From: Trichormus sp. ATA11-4-KO1
GTDB lineage: Bacteria > Cyanobacteriota > Cyanobacteriia > Cyanobacteriales > Nostocaceae
Assembly (NCBI GenBank): GCA_019358915.1
Contig: JAHHIM010000021.1
Span: 1 to 64,000, forward strand
Reading direction: 5' to 3'
Length of the DNA stretch: 64,000 bases
Below the pieces are notes generated by a model. That model was not told where the DNA came from, did not search any database, and worked only from the letters and a program-made list of their open reading frames with translations. The translations under genes were made by a program, and so were the position numbers. This document shows, in pieces, positions 42,573 through 52,889 of the stretch. Position 1 is the stretch's first letter. Every line of letters begins with the position of its first letter.

Positions 42573-43469
42573 GACACCAAGACACAAAGGAATAAAAGTA
42601 CCAAGAGAGAAGGAATGGCAAACGTCACTGTTCACTTAGCGTCGCCTTCAGTTCAAACATCTCACGAGTCTGTAGAGGTAGAACTGTCCGTTCGCTGATT
42701 TTCACCTCAGAAAAAGGACGTTTGAGAATGTTTTCGACATTCGACCTCAAAACCCTTTCCAACTAGATTTTCCTCTTCCCCTTGTTGAGGTAAACAAATA
42801 TCGACAGTTTCTGAGGTGGGTCAAGTACCCATTGCTTGAGGTATTGGGGGTTTTGTCCACTTTTTACCTCTACCTCACTCATCGATGCACCCCGAAACAG
42901 TTCATTAGTTTGTCTTCACATTACCTGTAATTAACAAAATTACATAAAAAGTTACTCTATTCATCCAGTTATTACCTTGAAAGTGTTTCTTGAGTGCTGA
43001 GTGCGCTTCTTGCCCTGAGCGAAGTCGAAGGGGAGTGCTGAATAAGAGGGAGTAGAGAAGATGACTATGCCTCTTTTCCCCCATTCACCCCGATATCAAA
43101 AAGCAAAATTTGCGATTTAGGTTGAAATCTTATTTTTTCATTTATATTGCGCTGTTTTACTGTAGTATTTTTCCTAACCATTGCAGTTGTAACAAACAGT
43201 ACGTATTATTTAGGCATTTGATTAGTAAATATGCGGCTATAAATCCCAGATTTTAGCTAAAATGCGTTATTTGTAGCAAAAGCTCAATTGCCATCATCGT
43301 GAGACAGTGCCATTCATCTGCGGTTTAGTGGTTGACAATACATCTTTAAGCAAAATACATAAATTAATTTATACTTTTGCGTTTAGTGTTCACAAAGTAG
43401 CCAGGCTAACAGAAATATTGAATAAAGGTTGAATATAACAGTAATAATTGAGTAATAAAGGATACAAAG

Positions 43470-45152
43470 ATGTCACAATTATCTCAAGTTTGGCAGCTTT
43501 TGAAAAATTATATAAGTAGTGCGAAGTCACCAGAAGCGCCAAGAACCAAAGCTTTAGCAGCAGCAGCGTATTTGCCTATGGGAAAAATCTTGAACAAACC
43601 AGGCAAAAGTATGAAATTTTCTCAAGATAATTTCCAGAAAGGTTTATTAATTAAACGATTACAAAAAAGCTTGGAGGAATGGACAAAACCAGAAAATAAT
43701 TGCACGTTGAATACAAGCAAGCTACCCTCCTCTTTCAGTTCTACCAACGGGAACGGTTACTCTAGCCAAGTAATTGGCAACGGTTATTATAATAATCGGC
43801 AACGGCTGCGCCGAACAATTTCTGCGGTACAGTATAGCGAACAGCAACGACTACCCCACGCTTATCCTGTGGGAGATACGGCGCGAACGGGTTCTACTGT
43901 CAAGTACGATCATGCTTGCCGCGATCGCCAATTGCATGAAGAGATTTATGATTTACTAGGCAATGGAGCGTTGACACCAGAAATAGTCAAACAAGTCATG
44001 GACTTTCTCCAATTTGAACAAAAATTTCAACCAGTACTTTTGTTTCACCGTTTAGAAGATTTTTATAGTCGCTGGTGTCGAGGAGAATTTATTGATGCCT
44101 TACCGAGTGATAACTTGCCTCAAAAAAAAATGATGGCGCTTTTAGCACAAAATATTACCATCGGCTTAAGACAGGTAGATATATATACAGGACTTAATGT
44201 ACTGATTTTACTCTTAGAATTACACAGTTACGCACAAGCGCAAGAACAGCTACAACAACAAATCATTTTCTATCCATCCACTAAACCAGATACAGATAAT
44301 TTTTTTACATCCCAACTGCTGCGAGTTATCAATTACAGTGATGCCCTGGAAATTGGTAATTTTAGTAGTATAGTCGGGGAATTTCTCAAGGGAGGTAACT
44401 TTCAGGGTGCTTACCTCGGTGATGCCAACTTAACTGGAGTCAACTTTAGCGATGCCAATCTTAGCGGTGCTTACCTTGGTGATGCTAACCTCACAGGTGC
44501 CAACTTTAGCAACGCCAACCTAACTGGGGCAAACTTCGGTGATGCTAACCTCAGTGGTGCTAACTTCAGCAATGCCGACCTCAGCAATGCTGACCTCAGT
44601 AGTGCTAACCTCAGTGGCGCCAACATCAAAGATGCCAACCTCTACCGCGCCAATCTTAGCAGTGCCGACCTTAGTAGCAGTAACATCAAAGATGCCGACC
44701 TGTGTCACGCCAACCTCAGTAGTGCCAACATCAAAGATGCTAACCTCAGTAGCGCCAACTTGACAAATGCTATCATCTTTGGTGCTAACCTGAGCGACGC
44801 TAACCTTAGTAGCGTCAACCTCAGCCATGCCGACCTCTGCCGCGCCGACCTCAGTGGTGCTGACATCAGTCACGCGATACTTAATGGCACTAACCTCAGC
44901 GATACTATTCTCTTTAGTACCAACCTGAGTAATGCCAATCTCAGCAATGCTGACCTCAGCTATGCCAAACTCAACGGTGCTGACCTGAGTGGTACTAACT
45001 TCAACTATGCCATTCTTGGCGGTGCTGATTTTAGTGATGCCAACTTAAAAGCAATGACCTGGGATGAAAAGCAGCAATGGGAAGGTATCCGGGGATTAGA
45101 AACAGCAGTTAATGTGCCAACAGCACTGAAGCAGCAGTTGGGGTTGGTTTGA
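43470..45152 (+). CDS. Pentapeptide repeat protein
   Basis: More than 40 A(D/N)LSx repeats in the C-terminal half (about 44390-45050). Confidence 0.9.
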   Translation: MSQLSQVWQLLKNYISSAKSPEAPRTKALAAAAYLPMGKILNKPGKSMKFSQDNFQKGLLIKRLQKSLEEWTKPENNCTLNTSKLPSSFSSTNGNGYSSQVIGNGYYNNRQRLRRTISAVQYSEQQRLPHAYPVGDTARTGSTVKYDHACRDRQLHEEIYDLLGNGALTPEIVKQVMDFLQFEQKFQPVLLFHRLEDFYSRWCRGEFIDALPSDNLPQKKMMALLAQNITIGLRQVDIYTGLNVLILLLELHSYAQAQEQLQQQIIFYPSTKPDTDNFFTSQLLRVINYSDALEIGNFSSIVGEFLKGGNFQGAYLGDANLTGVNFSDANLSGAYLGDANLTGANFSNANLTGANFGDANLSGANFSNADLSNADLSSANLSGANIKDANLYRANLSSADLSSSNIKDADLCHANLSSANIKDANLSSANLTNAIIFGANLSDANLSSVNLSHADLCRADLSGADISHAILNGTNLSDTILFSTNLSNANLSNADLSYAKLNGADLSGTNFNYAILGGADFSDANLKAMTWDEKQQWEGIRGLETAVNVPTALKQQLGLV

Positions 45153-45203
45153 GATAGACAGAGCGCCTTTTAGCACTTAGTGGACTAACACATGACACAG
45201 CTA

Positions 45204-45432
45204 AAGAGTGCTGAGTGAAAGTGCTAAGTGCTGAGTTAAAAGACTGCCCACACTTCGGCAAGGCTCAGTGACCACTAGGGGCGGGGCATTTACCGAGTGC
45301 GAAAGTGTTTCCTTCCTCTTGTTATTACTCAGCACGGGCTATAAGCGCAGCTATGCCCGCAGGGCTTTACGCCCCGCTACCTCTCTACGCGCAACCATGC
45401 CCGCAGGGCTTTACAACACTCAGCACTGAGTA
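45204..45432. repeat. Cluster of nested dispersed and heptamer repeats
   Basis: GTGCTGA units and ATGCCCGCAGGGCTTTAC twice; an inverted copy of TAAGCGCAGCTATGCCCGCAGGGCTTTAC is at about 17452-17480. Confidence 0.7.
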
Positions 45433-45536
45433 AGGTAAAGAGCGCATATAATCTTCTTGTAAAATCGGTATCTTGCCTGTTCTGGGCAGGCTAGAAGCCT
45501 ACCCCACAATCATTAAATCTGCCACGCCACTAGAAA

Positions 45537-46130
45537 TTATTTTAAATTTTTAGGTGCTACTGGAGAGTTTTCAAACTTCTCACTATTGCTTGTAACAATT
45601 AGCGCTAACTCAATTTGCTCTTCCCCAACCTGGGTGATTTTTACTTCTACTCCAGGACCAAAATATTTGGTCATTTTTTCCTGCTTTTCCTGCCAAGCAT
45701 GAATGGGAATCAACGGCGAATCAAATTCTAAAATTAAGGTATAGGCCCCATCAATTGCTGTTTCTCTTAAACCTGTGACTATTGGTCGTTCCTCATCTGT
45801 AGGACTCAAACCCAGATAAGAGAGTGCAGCATCTAAATGAGCGTCTTGACCATAGCAATATCGGGTGATGTCTTTACGAATTTTATTTTGAGTGACAGTT
45901 GCTTGCTGCTCTCGCAATATTAATATTGATGGCGTAGTACTTTGACTAAAGGGTATGGGCTTAATTTCATTGGCTTTCAGTGCCAATCCTCCCAGTAAGA
46001 GAGGAAACCCGTAAAAAAAACCCACAAGATTGAGTGTGGCATTGTCAGCAGCATAGGCGACAAAACCAACAATGGTTAATATGCTGCCGATGGTCAAACC
46101 GATTGTTCCCAAAGAAATTTGGCGTAACAT
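45537..46130 (-). CDS. DUF2854 family membrane protein
   Basis: GFFYGFPLLLGGLALK..E.KP, Q.KIRKDITRY.YGQ.AHL and FGPG motifs. Confidence 0.85.
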   Translation of the reverse strand: MLRQISLGTIGLTIGSILTIVGFVAYAADNATLNLVGFFYGFPLLLGGLALKANEIKPIPFSQSTTPSILILREQQATVTQNKIRKDITRYCYGQDAHLDAALSYLGLSPTDEERPIVTGLRETAIDGAYTLILEFDSPLIPIHAWQEKQEKMTKYFGPGVEVKITQVGEEQIELALIVTSNSEKFENSPVAPKNLK

Positions 46131-46323
46131 GAGCTTAGATAATATAAATTCTTAACACCTCAGTTTTATTATCATCGGCTATGAGTAACAAATTAGGGAA
46201 GAGAGGGAAATGAGGAAGATTTGCCAGAACATAATTTCCCCTTGTCCTTGATCCTCTTCCACTTCCTACTCCTTTTTGAGCTAACTTTAAATTTGAAGGT
46301 ATATCTAAAACTGGAAGTAAATA

Positions 46324-46509
46324 ATGGATTTACAGACTATAAAAGAACGAATTGCTGTAGTTCAAAGTAAACGCGAGTACTTGCTGAGCCTTTTAGAGCA
46401 GTCAAATTTGGGAACTCTGAGAATTGATGTCAATCAGGCTTTGGAAGAACTAGATGAGTTAATTGATGAATTTAGACGCACTATTCCGCCGGAAACAGAA
46501 AATAATTAA
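46324..46509 (+). CDS. Small conserved hypothetical protein
   Basis: 61-aa helical ORF (LLEQ.NLGTLRIDVNQALEELD.L..EF) followed by a hairpin at 46542-46579. Confidence 0.65.
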   Translation: MDLQTIKERIAVVQSKREYLLSLLEQSNLGTLRIDVNQALEELDELIDEFRRTIPPETENN

Positions 46510-46669
46510 GGTGAACTAAACAGCATAAATAACACACAACCGCGTCAGTACAACCACTAAATTACAGTTATACTGACGCTGCTTGTTCATAAATATTTTC
46601 CAGTCCCCAGAATTGAGTTAAGCCTGGGGTAATCCACCAGCAATTACTCAGCATGATTTATTTTTTCAC

Positions 46670-47074
46670 TTAACCATCTCCTGCACGTTGACCTAACTGC
46701 TTAACCAAAGCAATTAGTTCGTTCGTAGGCACATCTTTTTGACAAATATCGTCAAAATTCGGGGTTGCTTTGTTTCCCAGAAAATTTGCATCTTCCACCG
46801 AGGAATAAGCCAGTATCTGAGTATTGGGAGAAATCGCTTTAATCTGACTAGAAGCACTCCAACCATCCATGATAGGCATTTGTAAGTCTAGAACAATTAC
46901 ATCAGGATGGCAGCTTTTAACCATTTCTATAGCTTCTTGACCATTGCAGGCTAACCCTACTACTTGAAAATTTTCTTGAGCTGAAAAAGCTAATTGCAGG
47001 GTTAAACGAGTCAGTTCGTGATCATCAACCACTAAAACACGTAAGGTAGAAGACTCACAGGAAAACATTAACAT
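46670..47074 (-). CDS. Single-domain response regulator (receiver only)
   Basis: VLVVDDH, PDVIVLDLQMP.MDG, AYSS and conserved Lys. Confidence 0.9.
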   Translation of the reverse strand: MLMFSCESSTLRVLVVDDHELTRLTLQLAFSAQENFQVVGLACNGQEAIEMVKSCHPDVIVLDLQMPIMDGWSASSQIKAISPNTQILAYSSVEDANFLGNKATPNFDDICQKDVPTNELIALVKQLGQRAGDG

Positions 47075-47232
47075 TCAAAGTAAGAAAAAAACTAGAAACA
47101 ATAGTTCTTACAGTTTATGGTAATGAGCACCAGTAATCACTCTATCTTACGGGTGAATAAATTGATTTACCCACAGTTATTTATCAGATAAATTGTCAAA
47201 AATTAAAGTTTGTTTAAAGAAACTCAGTTGAG

Positions 47233-49443
47233 CTAATTATCAATATAAAAAGAACTCTTTTTTGGATCAATTAGGTTTGAAGCTATACTTGTTGACCGTA
47301 ATGCCATATTCATGAGAGTTTTTTGTGAGTTAGTTTCTGAACAATCGTCACAGGGACGGCGTTGAATATAACTACCATCAGGTTGTAACTCCCAAGCTTG
47401 ACGATTATCGGCTAACATAATTCCCAAAATTTCCTGCAAATCTTTGGCAATATCTGGGTCTTTAATCGGCGTAATTACTTCGACTCGGCGATCTAAATTG
47501 CGGCGCATCCAATCAGCGCTGCCAATATAAATTTCCTCTTGTCCATTGTTATGGAAATAGTAAATGCGAGAGTGTTCTAAAAAGCGCCCGATAATGCTGA
47601 GGACACGAATATTTTCACTAATGTCTTTGAGTTGCGGACGCAAACAACAAATACCCCGAATAATCAGGTCAATTTGCACTCCGGCGCGGGAGGCTTCATA
47701 CAAAGTGGTGATGATTTGCGGATCAACTAGGGAATTCATTTTGGCAACAATGCGCCCGGAAAAGCCATTTTGGACATTTTCGATTTCGCGATGAATTAAT
47801 GCCAAAAAGCGATCGCGCATATTCACAGGTGCTACCAACAACTCTCGATAAGATTTTTGTCGAGAATAGCCTGTTAAAAAATTAAATAAATCTGTAACAT
47901 CAGCACCTAATTCTTCACGGCAGCTAAACAATCCCAAATCTGTATAAAGCCGCGCTGTTTTGGGATTATAGTTGCCAGTACCAATATGTATGTAGCGTCG
48001 CATCCGGTCTTTTTCTCGTCGCACCACCATGACGGTTTTGCAATGGGTTTTTAGTCCTACTAGACCATAGACAACATGCACACCAACTCTTTCTAAACTT
48101 CTGGCCCAATAAATATTATTTTCTTCATCAAACCGTGCCTTTAATTCCACTAATACAGACACTTGCTTGCTATTTTCCGCCGCCGCAATGAGAGCTTTGA
48201 CTATGGGTGAGTCCCCAGAAGTGCGGTAAAGGGTCATTTTAATAGCCAGCACATTCGGGTCATGAGCGGCGTGGGTAATAAAGCGCACCACTGTTGACGA
48301 AAAGGATTGATAGGGATGGTGTACTAGCAAATCCTTTTCCCGAATTACCGCAAAAAAGTCCTGTCCTTCTTCTAATTCCAAAGCATCTGAGGTTAAACTC
48401 GGTTCTCTCAATCTTTGCAGACGAGAAGGAACTACAGATTGGCGTGGTGGTTCTTTGAGTTCGGGTAATGGCAATGCCATAAAATACATTAAATCCCGTA
48501 GTCCCAGAAGACCATCAACTTCGTAAACATCGCTTTCTGTTAAGTCCAAATCTTGCAACAACCGAGAACGTATGGGGTCAGGCGTTTGTGATTTTATTTC
48601 TAGTCTGACGGTTGTTCCACCCATGCGCCGTTTTCGTAGTTCCTGTTCAATGGCTAACAGCAAGTCATCTGCTTCATCTTCTTCTAGCGCGAGATCGGCA
48701 TCACGGGTAATGCGAAAAGGATGATATTCTTGGATATTCATTCCTGGAAATAAAAATTCCAGGTTATGAGCGATCGCCTGTTCTAAAGGTACACCAGTCC
48801 AGTGTACAGGTTGTTCAGTTTCGGAAACACCCAACTCCGGTGGTAAAGGCAAAAATCGCGGTAGCACGTTGGGGACTTTGACCCGCGCAAAAAATTCTTC
48901 TTCGGTATCTGGGTTTTTGACCACAACTGCCAAATTCAAGCTGAGATTGGAAATGAAGGGAAAAGGATGGCTAGGGTCAACAGCTAGGGGAGTCAGCACC
49001 GGAAAGATTTGTTCTTCAAAGTAGTTGTCTAAATAAGTTCGCTGTTTTTGATTTAAATCGATGTAATCCAAAATATGGATGCCATGACCGACTAGCAGAG
49101 GTTGCAGCACTTGCTCAAACTGTTGGTGCTGTTTTGTTACCAGAGGACTGAGAGTCGATCTAATATCGTCTAGCTGTTGTTGCGGTGTGCGACCATCGGG
49201 AGTTAACTGACTAACTTTTGCTTCTACCTGTTGTTTTAAGGCCGCAACACGCACCATAAAGAACTCATCTAAATTGGCACTGAAGATTGCCAAAAATTTT
49301 AGCCGTTCCAAAAGCAGCGTTCGCGGGTCACAGGCTTCGTGCAGTACTCTACTGTTAAATTCTAACCAGCTTAACTCGCGGTTAATGTAATATTGCGGAT
49401 CGTTCAAATCAATGGGATTGGCGCTCTTCTTTGATTTCGGCAT
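47233..49443 (-). CDS. ppk1: Polyphosphate kinase 1
   Basis: NRELSWLEFN, NLDEFFMVRV, HHPY.SF, KTH.K and GRFLEHSR motifs. Confidence 0.97.
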   Translation of the reverse strand: MPKSKKSANPIDLNDPQYYINRELSWLEFNSRVLHEACDPRTLLLERLKFLAIFSANLDEFFMVRVAALKQQVEAKVSQLTPDGRTPQQQLDDIRSTLSPLVTKQHQQFEQVLQPLLVGHGIHILDYIDLNQKQRTYLDNYFEEQIFPVLTPLAVDPSHPFPFISNLSLNLAVVVKNPDTEEEFFARVKVPNVLPRFLPLPPELGVSETEQPVHWTGVPLEQAIAHNLEFLFPGMNIQEYHPFRITRDADLALEEDEADDLLLAIEQELRKRRMGGTTVRLEIKSQTPDPIRSRLLQDLDLTESDVYEVDGLLGLRDLMYFMALPLPELKEPPRQSVVPSRLQRLREPSLTSDALELEEGQDFFAVIREKDLLVHHPYQSFSSTVVRFITHAAHDPNVLAIKMTLYRTSGDSPIVKALIAAAENSKQVSVLVELKARFDEENNIYWARSLERVGVHVVYGLVGLKTHCKTVMVVRREKDRMRRYIHIGTGNYNPKTARLYTDLGLFSCREELGADVTDLFNFLTGYSRQKSYRELLVAPVNMRDRFLALIHREIENVQNGFSGRIVAKMNSLVDPQIITTLYEASRAGVQIDLIIRGICCLRPQLKDISENIRVLSIIGRFLEHSRIYYFHNNGQEEIYIGSADWMRRNLDRRVEVITPIKDPDIAKDLQEILGIMLADNRQAWELQPDGSYIQRRPCDDCSETNSQKTLMNMALRSTSIASNLIDPKKSSFYIDN

Positions 49444-49556
49444 GACGATCTCAGGGTAGCCAGATGAGCTAATACAGCTGGGGGACAATACATATAGTAG
49501 ATGAAATTGGCATACGAAGTAAGGGGATAGGGGAATGGGGGGACAAGGGGAACTCA

Positions 49557-52500
49557 TCAATCCTTAATAGTTTCCTTCACTGCGGCAGCAATTGGTAATT
49601 GCAGATTTTGGTCATAGATAAAGTCTTTGTTAATTGCTACCTCTAGTTTGGGGAGGGTCAAGCTGTTAGCAATACCATCTTGGTTAGGAATCAGCAATGT
49701 GTAATTGCCAACTGGTACTCCATCTAGACGATAAAGACCAAATTGGTCAGTTACCGTTGATAAAACACGTGCGCCAGCAGGATTGATGAGTTCCACTCGC
49801 ACTTGTGCCATTGGCTGACCTGTGACATCTGTGATTTGTCCTGCTAAACCATATTCTTCTCTAACAGGAAAATTTAAATTAGTGATTGCCGCGCCTGCAA
49901 CCTCAGCTACTATGCTGGTTCTATCTAAAGAAAGCTCAATAGGCAATCTATCCGGGTCTAGCTCAATGATATAAACACCTTCTTTGAGGTTGCCAACAAA
50001 GAAATTTCCTAACGAGTCAGTTTTGGCAGCACCAACTCGATTATTGCGATTATCTATTACCCTAACGTTAGCTCCACCCAAATCAAAGCCTCTTCTTCCG
50101 CCTGCAACCTCAATTTTTCCAGAGATCGCACCGCGTTCTTTTCCTAAACCATAAGACCTAGCTGGAGCAACACCACCCCCGGCAAAAGACAAGTCTGATA
50201 CTAGTAGAACCGTGAGGCGTTCGTCGCCAAATCCTCCTAAAACGTTTCGACTTCTGGAAGGAATACCTTGATATTCCAGCCGACCAAATAAGCCGGGAAG
50301 CAACTGCATACTAGCACCAACGATTGGCCCGACATTACCGTCGCTGAAAGCTGCGCCTAGTCTCCAACTCAGTCCGTTGAGGTTCCGAGAATTATAATTT
50401 AGCGTTGTAGAATAACGCGGAGCTAAATCAGCACCAAATTCGCCACCCAAAGATACTTGGTACTCTCTATTTAACCTGTAGGTGAAATCTGAAGTGTATA
50501 TATCACCAAAGGTGTTGAAAGCCAGTCTCATTGAGCGATTAGGGACATATAAAGTACTAAATAAATATCTCCCGTCTAAATCTGGTCTACCCCTCATAGA
50601 TAAGCCAGAAAAAGGATTGAAGGCAAAAGTAGGCAATATATAATCGGCGCTTCTCGATTCATCTTGGCGGCTACGGGCAATGACTCCCACATTGAAATTA
50701 TTACTGAAACGATATTTTGCTTCTAAACTATGATTAAAGCGATCGCGTGACTGTCTAGTTGAGTTATATCCAGAAGGAAACAACTGGGAATTACCCAGGA
50801 TTTCAAATTGACCTAAATTAATATCTAAATCGGTTGTGTAGCCTAATTGACCGCGAGACATGCCCAAACTGGTAGCGAGAACCGCCGGGTTTGCTAGTCG
50901 CCAAATAAAGCCAGCTTGTGTCTGTAAAGTACCAGGAATCGATTGTACAGAACCTTCAAACGTTAAATTCTCAGACAGTCCTTGACGTAATTGGTAAAAC
51001 CCAACTAATCTACCTGCTTCTGAGCCGAAATCTCCAAATAAAGAATCCTGGACTAAATTACCGCTTAATCCTAAGCCACCTAGTTGGACATTACCGCCTG
51101 CGGGGAGCAACAAATCAGAAGCATTTAATCTCAACGAGCGAATTTCAATTGGGATGTTAATGTTGTTGCGATCGTAGACCAACAGTTCTATTTCATTATT
51201 GTTACCACTAGGTAAATTAACATCAATAAATTCATAGATGCCATTGAGTCCAACTTGCTGCTGTGCAACTATAATTCCACTAACTCTTAGCTGCACGAAA
51301 CTTGCTGGTGGTACTTCACCCTGGAATGTTTGTAAAGGTCTAGAGCGTCTAGGTAACAATTCAGCCGCGCTATATTGTTGAGCAAATCTATCAACGGGCA
51401 AATTACTAAAACCAAATTGCGCTCCTGTCAAATTCATCCCATTTAGTAGGGGATGTAAACCTATTTGTTGCCTACCTAGTTGATAGCGAAATTGATTCTC
51501 ACGTTTATAGAAAAAGTATTCGGAAACATCTGGTTGATTAACAAAGGTGTTATTTAGCCGTACTCGCCAATTACCGCCTGCTAGTCTTCCTCCTACAAGT
51601 GTAGAACTACGTAAGCGCGTATTTCCAGCAAAGTTGGTAACCTGTAATTCTTGTCTTAAATTAGAAAGGGCAGTGCTAGGAGGGAGAAATTCAGGCTGTA
51701 ATTCGGCTGCTGTCTGTCTAGGTGCGTTGCTGCCTCGCCGCCAAGGTAAATCAACAATTAAGGCTAAATTAGCAGAATTGAAATTTATAGATGTAGATAA
51801 TTTTTCTTGAAGTTTGGTATCATTGATGTAGATTGTATCATCAATTTGTTTTACTTCACTGGCTAATAAATTAGCTACACCTAAAGGTGTTTTTAATTGA
51901 ATATTACCTTCAACATTTTCAATACTAATGCCAGCAATTTCTGCAAATGCTTGTAAAGGAACCAAAATTGAATTGGCATCAATCCGAATATCTAATGTAC
52001 CAACTTCCCGATTGTTAATAATTACCCCAACTAGGAAATTTCCGTCATTAGCTTTTATATTTTGGGTAATAGTAGATGTACCTGGATTTACAGGTGTAGA
52101 AATACTACTATTATTGTCTATCGGTTTACTATCACTAGCAGATTTCGTAGTAGACGCAGGAGTATCTACTGCCACACTAGTAGAATTTTCTGCTAGCTGC
52201 TCACCTGGTTTTGCTTCTACAGGAAGATTAGCAAGTACCTTAACTTCTAAATTAGGCTTAGTTGATGGACTTTGTAAAGCCGCTTCACCAGTTGAGAATT
52301 CGGGTGCAAACCCTTGATTTTCGGTAGATGTAGTAGTTACAGATATTGAATTTTGCTGCTGTACTACAACCTCTGCGGAATCTAAAGTTTGTACATTCGC
52401 TAATGTAGCATTACCACCATTTTCTAAGTCAGATTCCTTGCTTTTCAGTTTGTTTAGAAGAGTTAGTTGTTTCTTATTCCAAACCTTATCAACAAGACTT

Positions 52501-52559
52501 TCTGTCTGTGTGGTGATAACAATAATAGGTGGTGTAGGTGGTAAAGCTAAATGCAGCAT
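49557..52559 (-). CDS. Usher-like outer-membrane protein with two C-terminal carboxypeptidase-regulatory-like domains
   Basis: Amphipathic beta strands; plug-like FQGEVPPASFVQL...GIYEF.DV.L..G.N.IEL; two G.I......TD..G.F/Y...L/V..G.Y domains; follows a PapD-like gene. Confidence 0.75.
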   Translation of the reverse strand: MLHLALPPTPPIIVITTQTESLVDKVWNKKQLTLLNKLKSKESDLENGGNATLANVQTLDSAEVVVQQQNSISVTTTSTENQGFAPEFSTGEAALQSPSTKPNLEVKVLANLPVEAKPGEQLAENSTSVAVDTPASTTKSASDSKPIDNNSSISTPVNPGTSTITQNIKANDGNFLVGVIINNREVGTLDIRIDANSILVPLQAFAEIAGISIENVEGNIQLKTPLGVANLLASEVKQIDDTIYINDTKLQEKLSTSINFNSANLALIVDLPWRRGSNAPRQTAAELQPEFLPPSTALSNLRQELQVTNFAGNTRLRSSTLVGGRLAGGNWRVRLNNTFVNQPDVSEYFFYKRENQFRYQLGRQQIGLHPLLNGMNLTGAQFGFSNLPVDRFAQQYSAAELLPRRSRPLQTFQGEVPPASFVQLRVSGIIVAQQQVGLNGIYEFIDVNLPSGNNNEIELLVYDRNNINIPIEIRSLRLNASDLLLPAGGNVQLGGLGLSGNLVQDSLFGDFGSEAGRLVGFYQLRQGLSENLTFEGSVQSIPGTLQTQAGFIWRLANPAVLATSLGMSRGQLGYTTDLDINLGQFEILGNSQLFPSGYNSTRQSRDRFNHSLEAKYRFSNNFNVGVIARSRQDESRSADYILPTFAFNPFSGLSMRGRPDLDGRYLFSTLYVPNRSMRLAFNTFGDIYTSDFTYRLNREYQVSLGGEFGADLAPRYSTTLNYNSRNLNGLSWRLGAAFSDGNVGPIVGASMQLLPGLFGRLEYQGIPSRSRNVLGGFGDERLTVLLVSDLSFAGGGVAPARSYGLGKERGAISGKIEVAGGRRGFDLGGANVRVIDNRNNRVGAAKTDSLGNFFVGNLKEGVYIIELDPDRLPIELSLDRTSIVAEVAGAAITNLNFPVREEYGLAGQITDVTGQPMAQVRVELINPAGARVLSTVTDQFGLYRLDGVPVGNYTLLIPNQDGIANSLTLPKLEVAINKDFIYDQNLQLPIAAAVKETIKD

Positions 52560-52671
52560 ATTTAATTAAGTACAAAAGTTAGGTGAAATTGGGAAAGTAA
52601 GCGAAAATTTACTGCTTAAATAATTTGTTGCAGCAAATAAAATCAGGCGTAGTAAAAACTAACTTCGCCTG

Positions 52672-52860
52672 AGAGGATGTTTTAGAAATTACAAAAAATA
52701 CTCAAAGACCTCTCGCCAACCTTCTCTCCTACAAAGAAAGAAGCTTTAATTATTTGATTTTTCCCCATTCCCGCGTTAGGTTTTGCTAATAAAGCGAAGA
52801 GTTTGAGGGATTAGGTTTGAGAGCTTTGATGTTAAACAAGATACTTTCCAAACAACCCCT
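52672..52860. mobile_element. Degenerate MITE-like repeat between chaperone and usher
   Basis: Imperfect terminal inverted repeats AGAGGATGTTTTAGAAA and TTTCCAAACAACCCCT. Confidence 0.4.
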
Positions 52861-52889
52861 GATAAGTTCAGCTGACAATTCAGCAAAAG

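Noticed and set aside
44520..44873. Repetitive ORFs overlapping the pentapeptide gene
   Set aside because: Shadow frames produced by the 15-nt periodicity.
49444..49560. N-terminal extension of ppk1 in the ORF track
   Set aside because: Runs through heptamer repeat DNA; homology begins near ATG 49443.
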